A DNA stretch of 29,851 bases from a virus (Duplodnaviria > Caudoviricetes). The stretch's first letter is position 1; each line of letters begins with the position of its first letter. The notes below the pieces were generated by a model. It made no database searches and was not told where the DNA came from. It was given only the letters and a program-made list of their open reading frames with translations. The stretch covers positions 1 through 29,851 of the IMG/VR virus record IMGVR_UViG_3300031647_000041; one strand, given 5' to 3'. Shown here one piece after another: positions 1-8,807 of this stretch. The position numbers were made by a program, and so were the translations under genes.

Positions 1-1
1 G

Positions 2-640
2 GGCGCGTTTGGTTGTGATAGTTATGATATATCAGGTACTGTAGATAAAAGAGGTTCTAATGGAGCTTTACACGGTTTAACTAAGTTTAGTATGGAGAAT
101 CACCCTACTAATCATTTCTTTTTAGAATACATAGCTAGACCTGCAACTGCAGAAATATTTTTTGAAGATGTTTTAATGGCTTGTATATTTTATGGCATGC
201 CTTTATTATGTGAAAATAACAAACCAAGACTTTTATATTATTTCAAAAGAAGAGGTTATAGAGGTTACTCTATGAATAGACCAGATAAAATATACAATAA
301 GTTGTCTGTAACAGAAAGAGAAATTGGTGGTATACCAAATTCTAGTGAAGACATAAAACAAGCTCATGCTGCTGCAATAGAATCTTATATACAAGATCAT
401 ATAGGTTTAAATTCTAATAATAAATATGGAGATTTATATTTCCAAAGAACATTAGAAGATTGGGCTAAATTTAATATAAATAATAGAACAACTCATGATG
501 CCTCTATTAGTTCAGGACTGGCTATTATGGCTTGTAATAAAAACAAATATAGACCTATACCACAAAAAGTTATAACTCAGTATGATTTAGGTATAAAAAG
601 ATTTGATAATAAAGGTGATATTTCAAAAATAATAAGATAA
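2..640 (+). CDS. terL: Terminase large subunit, C-terminal nuclease domain (5'-truncated by window)
   Basis: Frame is open from base 2 (GAFGCDSYDISGTVDKRGSNGALHG...) into the listed 92..640 ORF. Acidic RNase H-type motifs GCDSYD, LCENN and HDASISSGLA; directly upstream of the portal. Confidence 0.85.
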   Translation, partial: GAFGCDSYDISGTVDKRGSNGALHGLTKFSMENHPTNHFFLEYIARPATAEIFFEDVLMACIFYGMPLLCENNKPRLLYYFKRRGYRGYSMNRPDKIYNKLSVTEREIGGIPNSSEDIKQAHAAAIESYIQDHIGLNSNNKYGDLYFQRTLEDWAKFNINNRTTHDASISSGLAIMACNKNKYRPIPQKVITQYDLGIKRFDNKGDISKIIR

Positions 641-3049
641 ATGAAAATAAACTATAATGGTAATAGCACGTTTCCGGATCAGGTAGTACCTTTTGAGGAA
701 AAGATGTCTTTAAAATATGGAGCTCAGGTTGCCCAAGCTATACAGTCTGAATGGTTTTCACAAGGAAGAACTAATGGTAACAGATATTTAACTAGTTTTA
801 ATGATTTTCACAATAGAAGATTATATGCTAGAGGAGAACAATCTGTACAAAAATATAAAGACGAATTATCTATCAATGGTGACTTGTCTTATTTAAATTT
901 AGACTGGAAACCAGTACCAATATTGTCAAAATTTGTAGATATATTAGTTAATGGTATTTCAGCTAAAGATTATGATATTAAAGCTTATGCTCAAGACCCA
1001 GAGTCTATTAAAAAAAGAACTGATTACGCTGATGGTTTAGCTAAAGATATGTTTGCTAAACAAATACAAAATAAAGTTAAAGCAGCTACGGGTGTTGATA
1101 TATCTAATACTAATATTCCTGAAGCCGATCTTCCTACGTCAATAGAAGAAATGGAATTACATTTGCAATTGTCTTATAAACAATCTGTAGAAATAGCAGA
1201 GGAAGAGGCTATTAGCCAAGTACTAGCACAAAACAAGTTTGAGTTATTAAAACGTAGAATTAATTTAGATTTAGTAACGTTAGGAATAGCCGCAGCTAAA
1301 ACAAGTTTTAATCCTTCAAACGGTATTACTTTAGATTATGTAGACCCTGCACATTTAATTTATTCATATACAAGCGATCCTAATTTTGAAGACGTATATT
1401 ATGTAGGTGAAGTAAAAGCTTTAACTATTCCAGAAATTTCAAAACTATTTCCTCATATACCTCAAGATGAATTAGCTAATCTACAAAAATATAATAGTAA
1501 TAATAATTATATTTATGGTTACGGCGCATATGATGAAAACACGGTTCAAGTATTATTTTTTGAATACAAAACCTATATGGATCAAGTTTTTAAATTAAAA
1601 CAAACTGATTCAGGTTTAGAAAAAATATTAGAAAAACCAGACACATTTAATCCACCTAAAGCAGATTCGTTTGAAAGAATAAGTAGAAGCATAGAAGTTT
1701 TATTTGAAGGTGTTAAAGTTTTAGGAACTGACACAATGCTAAAATGGGAAATGGCAGAGAATATGACAAGACCTATGGCTGATACTACAAAAGTAGAAAT
1801 GAATTATGCTATATGTTCTCCAAGAATGTACAACGGTAGAATTGAGTCGCTGATAACAAAGACTATGGGATTTGCTGATATGATACAGCTAACTCATTTA
1901 AAACTGCAACAAGTATTATCTAGGATGGTTCCAGATGGGGTATTTTTAGATATGGATGGTTTAGCAGAGGTTGACCTTGGTAATGGTACCAATTACAATC
2001 CAGCAGAAGCTTTAAACATGTATTTTCAAACCGGTTCGGTTGTTGGTAGATCTTTAACTCAAGACGGGGAATTAAATAGAGGAAAGGTTCCTATACAAGA
2101 ATTATCATCATCAGCGGGCCAAGCTAAAATAGGTGCTTTAATAAACACATATAATTATTATTTACAAATGATAAGAGATGTGACTGGTCTTAATGAAGCT
2201 AGAGATGGTAGTTTACCAGACAAAGATACTTTAGTTGGATTACAGAAAATTGCAGCACAACAATCTAACATAGCTACTAAGCATATAAACAACGCTAGTT
2301 TATACCTAAGCTTAAGACTATGTGAAAATGTATCAAAAAAATTAGCTGATGTATTAGACAATCCTTTAACTAGGCAAGCATTAATGTCAAGCATTTCTGT
2401 TTATAATACGCAAACTTTAAATGAAATTAAAAATTTATCATTACATGACTTTGGTATATTTTTAGAACTAGAACCAGACGATGAAGCAAAAGCTCAGTTA
2501 GAGCAAAACATTCAAGTTGCTTTGCAAAGTGGTGGAATTGATTTAGAAGATGCTATAGATTTAAGACAAATAAAAAATCTTAAACTAGCTAATCAAATGC
2601 TTAAACAAAAGCGTAGGTTAAAACAAATAAGAGATCAAAAAGCTCAACAAGCAAATATACAAGCTCAAGCTCAGGCAAACGCTCAACTAGCTGAAAAAAC
2701 AGCTATGGCTGAGGTACAAAAGCAGCAAGTTTTAACAGAGCAAAAAGTTAACGTAGAGCAAGCTAAGTCGCAGTTTGAAATACAAAGAATGCAAACAGAA
2801 GCTTTAATTAAAAAAGAATTAATGGCTGAAGAATTTAATTACAATATACAACTTACAAAAGAGCAAAGACAAACTGAAAAAATAAAAGAACAACAAATAG
2901 AAGATAGAAAAGATAAAAGAGTTAAAATGGAAGGTACTCAACAAAGTGAGATGATACAACAACGTCAAACTGATGGACCGCCTAAAAACTTTGAATCAAG
3001 CAACGATAGCATAGGGTCTTTTGGATTAGAAGCTTTTAGCCCTAGATAA
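641..3049 (+). CDS. Portal protein
   Basis: 802 aa, abuts terL (TAA-ATG), long Q/E/K-rich coiled-coil C-terminus typical of podovirus portal barrels; lies before scaffold and capsid genes. Confidence 0.8.
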   Translation: MKINYNGNSTFPDQVVPFEEKMSLKYGAQVAQAIQSEWFSQGRTNGNRYLTSFNDFHNRRLYARGEQSVQKYKDELSINGDLSYLNLDWKPVPILSKFVDILVNGISAKDYDIKAYAQDPESIKKRTDYADGLAKDMFAKQIQNKVKAATGVDISNTNIPEADLPTSIEEMELHLQLSYKQSVEIAEEEAISQVLAQNKFELLKRRINLDLVTLGIAAAKTSFNPSNGITLDYVDPAHLIYSYTSDPNFEDVYYVGEVKALTIPEISKLFPHIPQDELANLQKYNSNNNYIYGYGAYDENTVQVLFFEYKTYMDQVFKLKQTDSGLEKILEKPDTFNPPKADSFERISRSIEVLFEGVKVLGTDTMLKWEMAENMTRPMADTTKVEMNYAICSPRMYNGRIESLITKTMGFADMIQLTHLKLQQVLSRMVPDGVFLDMDGLAEVDLGNGTNYNPAEALNMYFQTGSVVGRSLTQDGELNRGKVPIQELSSSAGQAKIGALINTYNYYLQMIRDVTGLNEARDGSLPDKDTLVGLQKIAAQQSNIATKHINNASLYLSLRLCENVSKKLADVLDNPLTRQALMSSISVYNTQTLNEIKNLSLHDFGIFLELEPDDEAKAQLEQNIQVALQSGGIDLEDAIDLRQIKNLKLANQMLKQKRRLKQIRDQKAQQANIQAQAQANAQLAEKTAMAEVQKQQVLTEQKVNVEQAKSQFEIQRMQTEALIKKELMAEEFNYNIQLTKEQRQTEKIKEQQIEDRKDKRVKMEGTQQSEMIQQRQTDGPPKNFESSNDSIGSFGLEAFSPR

Positions 3050-3073
3050 TCATTAATTTTATAATATTATATT

Positions 3074-4318
3074 ATGTCAGAAGAAACAAAAACAAATGAA
3101 CCTGTTAAACAGGAAGGTGACTTTAAATTAACACCAAAGAAAAAAATGCCTAAAAAATTAGGTAGTATTAACAACGATCCGATTAAAGTAGATTTAACAA
3201 AACCGGAGGCAACAGGTGAAATAGTACCTGATGTTATAAAGGTTACAATACCTAAAGAAGACGATGCCATTCCAAAGCAAGAAACAGGAAAATTACCTGA
3301 AGATCAACGAACCGGAGATATACAAAAGGTGGATGAACAAGTACGGCCCAGCGAAAATGTGGAAGTACAAGAATCCAAGCCAGAAGATTCTATCGTTGAA
3401 ATCGAAGAAATAACAGAAGAAGAAAAAACAGAGGTTAAAGAAATTAAACAAGAAATTGCAGAAGCTCAAAGAGACGAGCAAATCCTTGGTAAAGCTTTAC
3501 CTGAAAATATAGAAAAACTAGTAACCTTTATGGAGGATACTGGTGGAACAGTAGAAGATTACGTAAGATTAAATCATGACTATAATAAAACTGATGATGT
3601 TACCTTACTTAATGAATACTATAAACAAACAAAACCTCATTTAGATGGAGAAGAAATTGCTTTTTTATTAGAAGACAATTTTCATTTTGACGAAGAGGTT
3701 GATGAAGCTAGAGAAGTAAGAAAGAAAAAACTAGCTTTTAAAGAAGAAGTTGCAAAAGCCCGTAAAGAGTTGGATGTTCTTAAAGATAAATATTACCAGG
3801 AAATCAAGTTGAGACCTGGTGTATCTCAAGAACAAAAAAAGGCTACGGATTTTTTCAACCGATACAATGAGCAACAAGTGACGATGGAAACCAACCATCA
3901 GGATTTTAAAACAAAAACTAATCAATTGTTTAACGACGAATTTCAAGGGTTTGATTTCGACTTAGGGCAAAAAAAGTTTAGATATAAAGTTTCTAATCCT
4001 AAACAAATTGGTGAAACACAAGGTGATATTAGTAAATTTATAAGTAAATATACTAATGACAAAGGTGTTGTCACTGATACAAAAGGTTATCACAAATCGT
4101 TATATGCTGCTATGAATGCTGATAAAATTGCTAATCATTTTTATGAACAGGGTAAAGCTGATGGTGTAAAAACCATTGTCAACGGTTCTAGAAATATCAC
4201 AAATGAAAAGCCACGGCAGGTTGCCGACGGAAACGTTTTCGTAAACGGATTAAAAGTAAAATCAATTAGTGGATTGGATTCATCAAAATTAAAAATAAAA
4301 ACAAGAAAATTTAACTAA
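3074..4318 (+). CDS. Putative capsid scaffolding/assembly protein
   Basis: 414 aa, very acidic low-complexity N-half, helical C-half with basic tail (KLKIKTRKFN); between portal and capsid. Confidence 0.6.
   Translation: MSEETKTNEPVKQEGDFKLTPKKKMPKKLGSINNDPIKVDLTKPEATGEIVPDVIKVTIPKEDDAIPKQETGKLPEDQRTGDIQKVDEQVRPSENVEVQESKPEDSIVEIEEITEEEKTEVKEIKQEIAEAQRDEQILGKALPENIEKLVTFMEDTGGTVEDYVRLNHDYNKTDDVTLLNEYYKQTKPHLDGEEIAFLLEDNFHFDEEVDEAREVRKKKLAFKEEVAKARKELDVLKDKYYQEIKLRPGVSQEQKKATDFFNRYNEQQVTMETNHQDFKTKTNQLFNDEFQGFDFDLGQKKFRYKVSNPKQIGETQGDISKFISKYTNDKGVVTDTKGYHKSLYAAMNADKIANHFYEQGKADGVKTIVNGSRNITNEKPRQVADGNVFVNGLKVKSISGLDSSKLKIKTRKFN
3264..3413 (+). CDS. Nested 49-aa basic protein in the +1 frame of the scaffold gene (MPFQSKKQENYLKINEPEIYKRWMNKYG...)
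   Basis: Hand-translated, ATG 3264 to TAA 3411-3413. Resembles a recurrent small phage protein pattern MPFxSxKQxxYLxxNEPEIxKRW (recalled, not searched). Host-frame codons here are atypical (CGA, CGG, CCC, ACC). Confidence 0.65.
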   Translation: MPFQSKKQENYLKINEPEIYKRWMNKYGPAKMWKYKNPSQKILSLKSKK

Positions 4319-4338
4319 CTAATTAAAAATTAAAAATT

Positions 4339-5826
4339 ATGGCTTTAAGTCCACAGTTTGGGAGTATTATACCTTCACAAGCTCAATCAATTCTTGCTAG
4401 CAATTACCTTCAATTTGATGGTGCTGGTGCGAATTCAAATAACTTTGCTCAACAATTTCTACCGGAATTGTATGAACAAGAAGTAGAAAGATATGGTAAC
4501 AGAACGTTATCAGGATTTTTACGTATGGTAGGCGCTGAAATGCCTATGACTTCAGATCAGGTTATATGGTCTGAACAAAACAGATTACATATTGCATACA
4601 ACAACTGTACGTCTGCATCTGCTGCTGGAACAATTACTATTCCTGTAACCGCTGCAAATGCTGCTAACCCTATTGTAAATGTAATATCTCCAGGATCAAC
4701 TATCGTTGTAATGGATGACTTTGGAAACGAAGCAAAATGTTTTGTTAGAATATCTGACACAGCCTTAGCTGGTGGTGGTGGTAACCCAGGACAGTTAACT
4801 GTAGAGCCTTATGGTTTTGCTAACTTAGTTGCTGCTGGAATTGCTGATGGTGCTTCTAAGAAAATATTTGTTTATGGTTCTCAATTTCAAAAAGGAACAT
4901 CAACTGGTAATGCTCCTGTAGGTGCTAACACTTATGCGGCTGTTAATAATCCGCAAGTAACAGTTACTCCTTCTTTTACTCAATTCTCTAACTCTCCTAT
5001 TATCCTTAGAAGTACTTATACTATCAACGGTTCTGACACAGCTCAGATCGGTTGGGTAGAAGTTTCTACTGAAGATGGTACTGGAGGTTATTTATGGTAC
5101 TTAAAAGCTGAGTCTGAAACTAGACTTAGATTTGAAGATTACTTAGAGATGGCTATGGTAGAAGGTGAATTAACTGCTGGTGGACCTGCTGCATTAACTG
5201 GTCAATCACTAGGTATGCAAGGTTTGTTCGCTGCTATTCAAGCAAGAGGAAATGTGCAAGTAGGCTTTAGTGCTGCTGCTGGTTTAGATTCTTTTGATGC
5301 TATTCTAAAAAATCTTGATACTCAGGGAGCTATTGAAGAAAACATGCTTTTCTTAAATAGATCTTCGAATCTTGATTTTGATGACATGCTAGGATCTATA
5401 TCTGGAGGATTCTCTGGAGGAACTGCTTTCGGTTTATTTGAAAATTCAGAAGAAATGGCTTTAAATCTTGGTTTCTCAGGATTTAGAAGAGGTTCTTATG
5501 ACTTTTACAAAACAGACTGGAAATACTTAAATGATGCTTCTACAAGGGGTGCTCAAGTTGGACCTGCTTCAATTGAAGGAGTTTTAATACCAGCTGGTAC
5601 TACAACTGTATATGATCAGATTTTAGGTACTAATATCAGAAGACCATTTTTACACGTTCGTTATAGAGCTTCTCAGACTGACGACAGAAGAATGAAATCT
5701 TGGTTAACTGGTTCAGTAGGTGGTGCTTTCACTTCGTCTTTAGATGCGATGGAAGTTAACTTCTTATCTGAAAGATGTTTAGTAACTCAAGCTGCTAATA
5801 ACTTTGTATTATTCAAAGGATTATAA
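4339..5826 (+). CDS. Major capsid protein
   Basis: 495 aa, G/A-rich, strongly biased codon use (GCT, GGT, TCT, TTC, AAC), follows the scaffold gene and is followed by a terminator. Confidence 0.8.
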   Translation: MALSPQFGSIIPSQAQSILASNYLQFDGAGANSNNFAQQFLPELYEQEVERYGNRTLSGFLRMVGAEMPMTSDQVIWSEQNRLHIAYNNCTSASAAGTITIPVTAANAANPIVNVISPGSTIVVMDDFGNEAKCFVRISDTALAGGGGNPGQLTVEPYGFANLVAAGIADGASKKIFVYGSQFQKGTSTGNAPVGANTYAAVNNPQVTVTPSFTQFSNSPIILRSTYTINGSDTAQIGWVEVSTEDGTGGYLWYLKAESETRLRFEDYLEMAMVEGELTAGGPAALTGQSLGMQGLFAAIQARGNVQVGFSAAAGLDSFDAILKNLDTQGAIEENMLFLNRSSNLDFDDMLGSISGGFSGGTAFGLFENSEEMALNLGFSGFRRGSYDFYKTDWKYLNDASTRGAQVGPASIEGVLIPAGTTTVYDQILGTNIRRPFLHVRYRASQTDDRRMKSWLTGSVGGAFTSSLDAMEVNFLSERCLVTQAANNFVLFKGL

Positions 5827-5840
5827 GATAATCCAACTAT

Positions 5841-5880
5841 AATAATTATCCCCGTCAAACGGCGGGGGTATTTATTTTTT
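5841..5880 (+). terminator. Intrinsic terminator after the capsid gene
   Basis: Stem TATCCCCGTC (5847-5856) / GGCGGGGGTA (5861-5870) with G-U pairs, loop AAAC, then TTTATTTTTT. Confidence 0.85.
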
Positions 5881-5902
5881 AACTATTTAATTATATTATA
5901 TT

Positions 5903-6667
5903 ATGTCAAAACAAAAACTAACTCAACCAGATGGTTGGGAGATTAAAAACAGAAATTATTATTTAACGGGATATGCTTCTCCGTTAACTTTTACAATACC
6001 AAGCAAGCATACAAGAAAACATCCATTATTGTGGTTTGATAAAGATAGTGGGACTCAAAGAGAGTTAAGATACGCAACTAATCAAGCCTCTGTATTTGTA
6101 GATGAACAAAAAGGTGAAGCAACAATGGGTCACATAATGTTTAAAGACGGGGTTTTATCTGTAAAAAAAGAAGAACAAGCTTTACAAAAATTACTATCTA
6201 TTTATCATCCATTAAGAGTACATAGGTTTAAAGAATTAGAACCACAAAAAATAGCTGTTAGTGAACTAGATGAATTAGAATATGAAATTGATGCATTAAA
6301 TGCGGCTAAATCAATGGACATAGAACATGCTGAGGCTGTACTTAGAGTAGAAAATGGATCTAGCGTAAGTAAATTAAGTTCAAAAGAAATTAAAAGAGAT
6401 TTACTTTTGTTTGCTAAAGCTAATCCATCATTATTCATAGAATTAGCTAGTGATGAAAATGTAATACTAAGAAACTTTGGTATTAGAGCTAGCGAAGCAG
6501 CTATAATAAAACTATCAGATGACCAAAGATACTTTATGTGGGCTTCTAATGGTAAAAAATTAATGACAATACCATTTGATGAAAACCCTTATTCAGCATT
6601 TGCTGCTTTCTTGAAAACAGACGAAGGTGTAGAAATATACAAGTCTATCGAGAAAAAACTTAAATAA
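5903..6667 (+). CDS. Hypothetical protein of the head module
   Basis: 254-aa ORF with genome-typical codon use; no motif recognised. Confidence 0.6.
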   Translation: MSKQKLTQPDGWEIKNRNYYLTGYASPLTFTIPSKHTRKHPLLWFDKDSGTQRELRYATNQASVFVDEQKGEATMGHIMFKDGVLSVKKEEQALQKLLSIYHPLRVHRFKELEPQKIAVSELDELEYEIDALNAAKSMDIEHAEAVLRVENGSSVSKLSSKEIKRDLLLFAKANPSLFIELASDENVILRNFGIRASEAAIIKLSDDQRYFMWASNGKKLMTIPFDENPYSAFAAFLKTDEGVEIYKSIEKKLK

Positions 6668-6716
6668 CAGGTAATTATAATAACAGGTGATCACTTAGGT
6701 GGTTGCCTGATTATTA
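6663..6716 (+). promoter_or_regulatory. RNA hairpin with a tandemly duplicated 5' arm
   Basis: CAGGTGATCAC (6684-6694), loop TTAG, GTGGTTGCCTG (6699-6709): 11 bp including 3 G-U, no U-tract. 16-nt imperfect tandem repeat at 6663-6678 and 6679-6694. Confidence 0.65.
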
Positions 6717-6732
6717 AAATAATAAAATTAAC

Positions 6733-7530
6733 ATGGCAATAAACGTAAATCAGGTTTACAGTACTGTATTAACAATACTAAACAAAGAGCAAAGAGGGTA
6801 CATTACTCCTGACGAGTTTAATAAAATAAGCACCCAGTCACAATTAGATATTTTTGAACAATACTTTGAAGATCTTAACCAACAATTGCGTGTGCCACAA
6901 GCTGATGTAGATTACTCAGATAGAATAGAAAATATAGATGAACGAATAGCTATATTTAAAACTTTTGGTAATGCTGTATACGATAGCAATACTACTCCAA
7001 CAAATCCCTTTTGGAATTTACCAGTTATAGATAGCTATGGTAATACAATCATATACACAGGTGTTGAACCTGTTAACCCTCCTTTCCCTTCAACAACAGT
7101 TTCTTTTTATAGACTAGGAACAGTCACTTATAATTCTTCAAGTACTCCAACAGAAATACAAAGATTACAAAGAAGTGATTATTATCAAATACAAAGATCT
7201 CCACTAACTAAAGCTACAAAAAGCTTTCCTAATTATCTTTACGAAAACAACAAACTTTACATCAGTCCTAGTACAATTATAGGTGCTGGAGATATAACAG
7301 TAGATTTTCTAAGAAAACCTAGAAATATTGTATGGGGATACTCTATAGGTTCGGTGGGTCAATATATTTATGACCCTGCCACATCTCAAAACTTTGAATT
7401 ATCAGAGTCTGAACAAACATCTTTAATAATTAAAATTTTATTATACTCTGGTGTTATAATTAAAGATCCTCAATTAATACAAGTAGCCGCTTCGCAACAA
7501 CAAGCTACAGAGGTAAATCAAAAAAGTTAA
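6733..7530 (+). CDS. Putative head-tail adaptor / tail ring protein
   Basis: 265 aa; helical N-terminus (...ITPDEFNKIS...), beta-rich middle, DFLRKP motif and helical end; position between head and nozzle genes. Confidence 0.55.
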   Translation: MAINVNQVYSTVLTILNKEQRGYITPDEFNKISTQSQLDIFEQYFEDLNQQLRVPQADVDYSDRIENIDERIAIFKTFGNAVYDSNTTPTNPFWNLPVIDSYGNTIIYTGVEPVNPPFPSTTVSFYRLGTVTYNSSSTPTEIQRLQRSDYYQIQRSPLTKATKSFPNYLYENNKLYISPSTIIGAGDITVDFLRKPRNIVWGYSIGSVGQYIYDPATSQNFELSESEQTSLIIKILLYSGVIIKDPQLIQVAASQQQATEVNQKS

Positions 7531-7536
7531 TAAAAA

Positions 7537-8802
7537 ATGGCTATACAACCAACAAATGACGGATTAATAACCGAAACTGCAGAACAATATTTTCAAGGTT
7601 CTCAAGGTTTTAGAGGAAATGCAGCAAACGCTACGGGGCAATCTTTTATTACAAGCTTTGATACAGACCTTTATCTAGGTAGTGCAACTAGTTGGTTACC
7701 GGCTGATCCTAGTTATGCGTTAAATAATTTTAAAATATATACAAGTCCCACGGGAATACCAGGTACGTTTACAGAATGGATTACAGCTTTTACAATTACA
7801 AATGGTAAAACAGTAACGCTTACCGCTGCACCAGGTGCAAATCAATATATAATAGTACAATTAACTATACTAACTGGTGGTAAGTATGCATCTACAGAAG
7901 CTGAAAAAGCATATGGCCAAACGGTTGAAGACAACTATGGTAGCTATCAATACACTAAACTTAACGATGTAGTTAATAATTTTTTAGTTGCATATGTAGG
8001 TGCTGGCAAATTAATACCTAGCGTAAAAAGAACTGATATAATATTTCACGCTAAAAGAGCTTTACAAGAATTTAGCTATGATACTTTAAAAAGTATTAAA
8101 TCTGCTGAATTAACTATACCCGCAAGTTTAACTTTAGTTTTACCTCAGGATTATGTTAACTACGTTAAATGTTCTTGGGTTGATAGACTGGGTGTTTTAC
8201 ACCCTATATATCCTACAAACAACTTAACCACAAGTCCTTTCTATACGCAAGCTCAGGACTCGGCAGGTATACCAACTCAAGATAGTTTTGGGAATGACAT
8301 AGAAACAGAGTCAATTACTCAAGCAAGATGGCATACGGCTAACACTAATTTCATCAATGGATTTTTTAATTCAAATGATTTTACTAATGACATGTGGGCT
8401 TACAACTGGGATTTAATGGGTAATGGTGCTACTTTAGGTAGACAGTATGGTATGGATCCTCAATTTGCACAAGCTAATGGCTATTTTAATTTAAACGAAA
8501 GAGAAGGTAAAATTTCTTTTTCATCTGCATTAGTTAGTAAGCTTATAGTTTTTGAATATGTCTCTGATGGTTTAGCCTCAGACTTAGATACTAAAGTTCC
8601 TAAGCTAGCTGAAGAAGCTATGTATGCTTATATAATACATGCTGTTATTGGTTCTAGAATAAACCAGCCTGAATATGTGGTACAAAGATTACGTAGAGAA
8701 AAAAGCTCTAAATTAAGAAATGCTAAAATAAGATTATCCAACATTAAGCTTGATGAGATAGTTCAAGTTATGAGAGGTAAATCTAAATGGATAAAACATT
8801 AA
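7537..8802 (+). CDS. Putative tail ring/adaptor protein with N-terminal beta-rich extension
   Basis: 421 aa; LVLPQDYVNYVK (LPxDY pattern of tubular adaptor proteins), helical basic C-terminus; first ~120 aa T/G/A-rich. Confidence 0.55.
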   Translation: MAIQPTNDGLITETAEQYFQGSQGFRGNAANATGQSFITSFDTDLYLGSATSWLPADPSYALNNFKIYTSPTGIPGTFTEWITAFTITNGKTVTLTAAPGANQYIIVQLTILTGGKYASTEAEKAYGQTVEDNYGSYQYTKLNDVVNNFLVAYVGAGKLIPSVKRTDIIFHAKRALQEFSYDTLKSIKSAELTIPASLTLVLPQDYVNYVKCSWVDRLGVLHPIYPTNNLTTSPFYTQAQDSAGIPTQDSFGNDIETESITQARWHTANTNFINGFFNSNDFTNDMWAYNWDLMGNGATLGRQYGMDPQFAQANGYFNLNEREGKISFSSALVSKLIVFEYVSDGLASDLDTKVPKLAEEAMYAYIIHAVIGSRINQPEYVVQRLRREKSSKLRNAKIRLSNIKLDEIVQVMRGKSKWIKH

Positions 8803-8807
8803 ATTAA

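Noticed and set aside
3835-3980. A_AAA_AAG heptamers in the scaffold gene (3835-3841 and near 3970)
   Set aside because: Expected by chance in Lys-rich AT-rich genes; no convincing 3' stimulatory structure.
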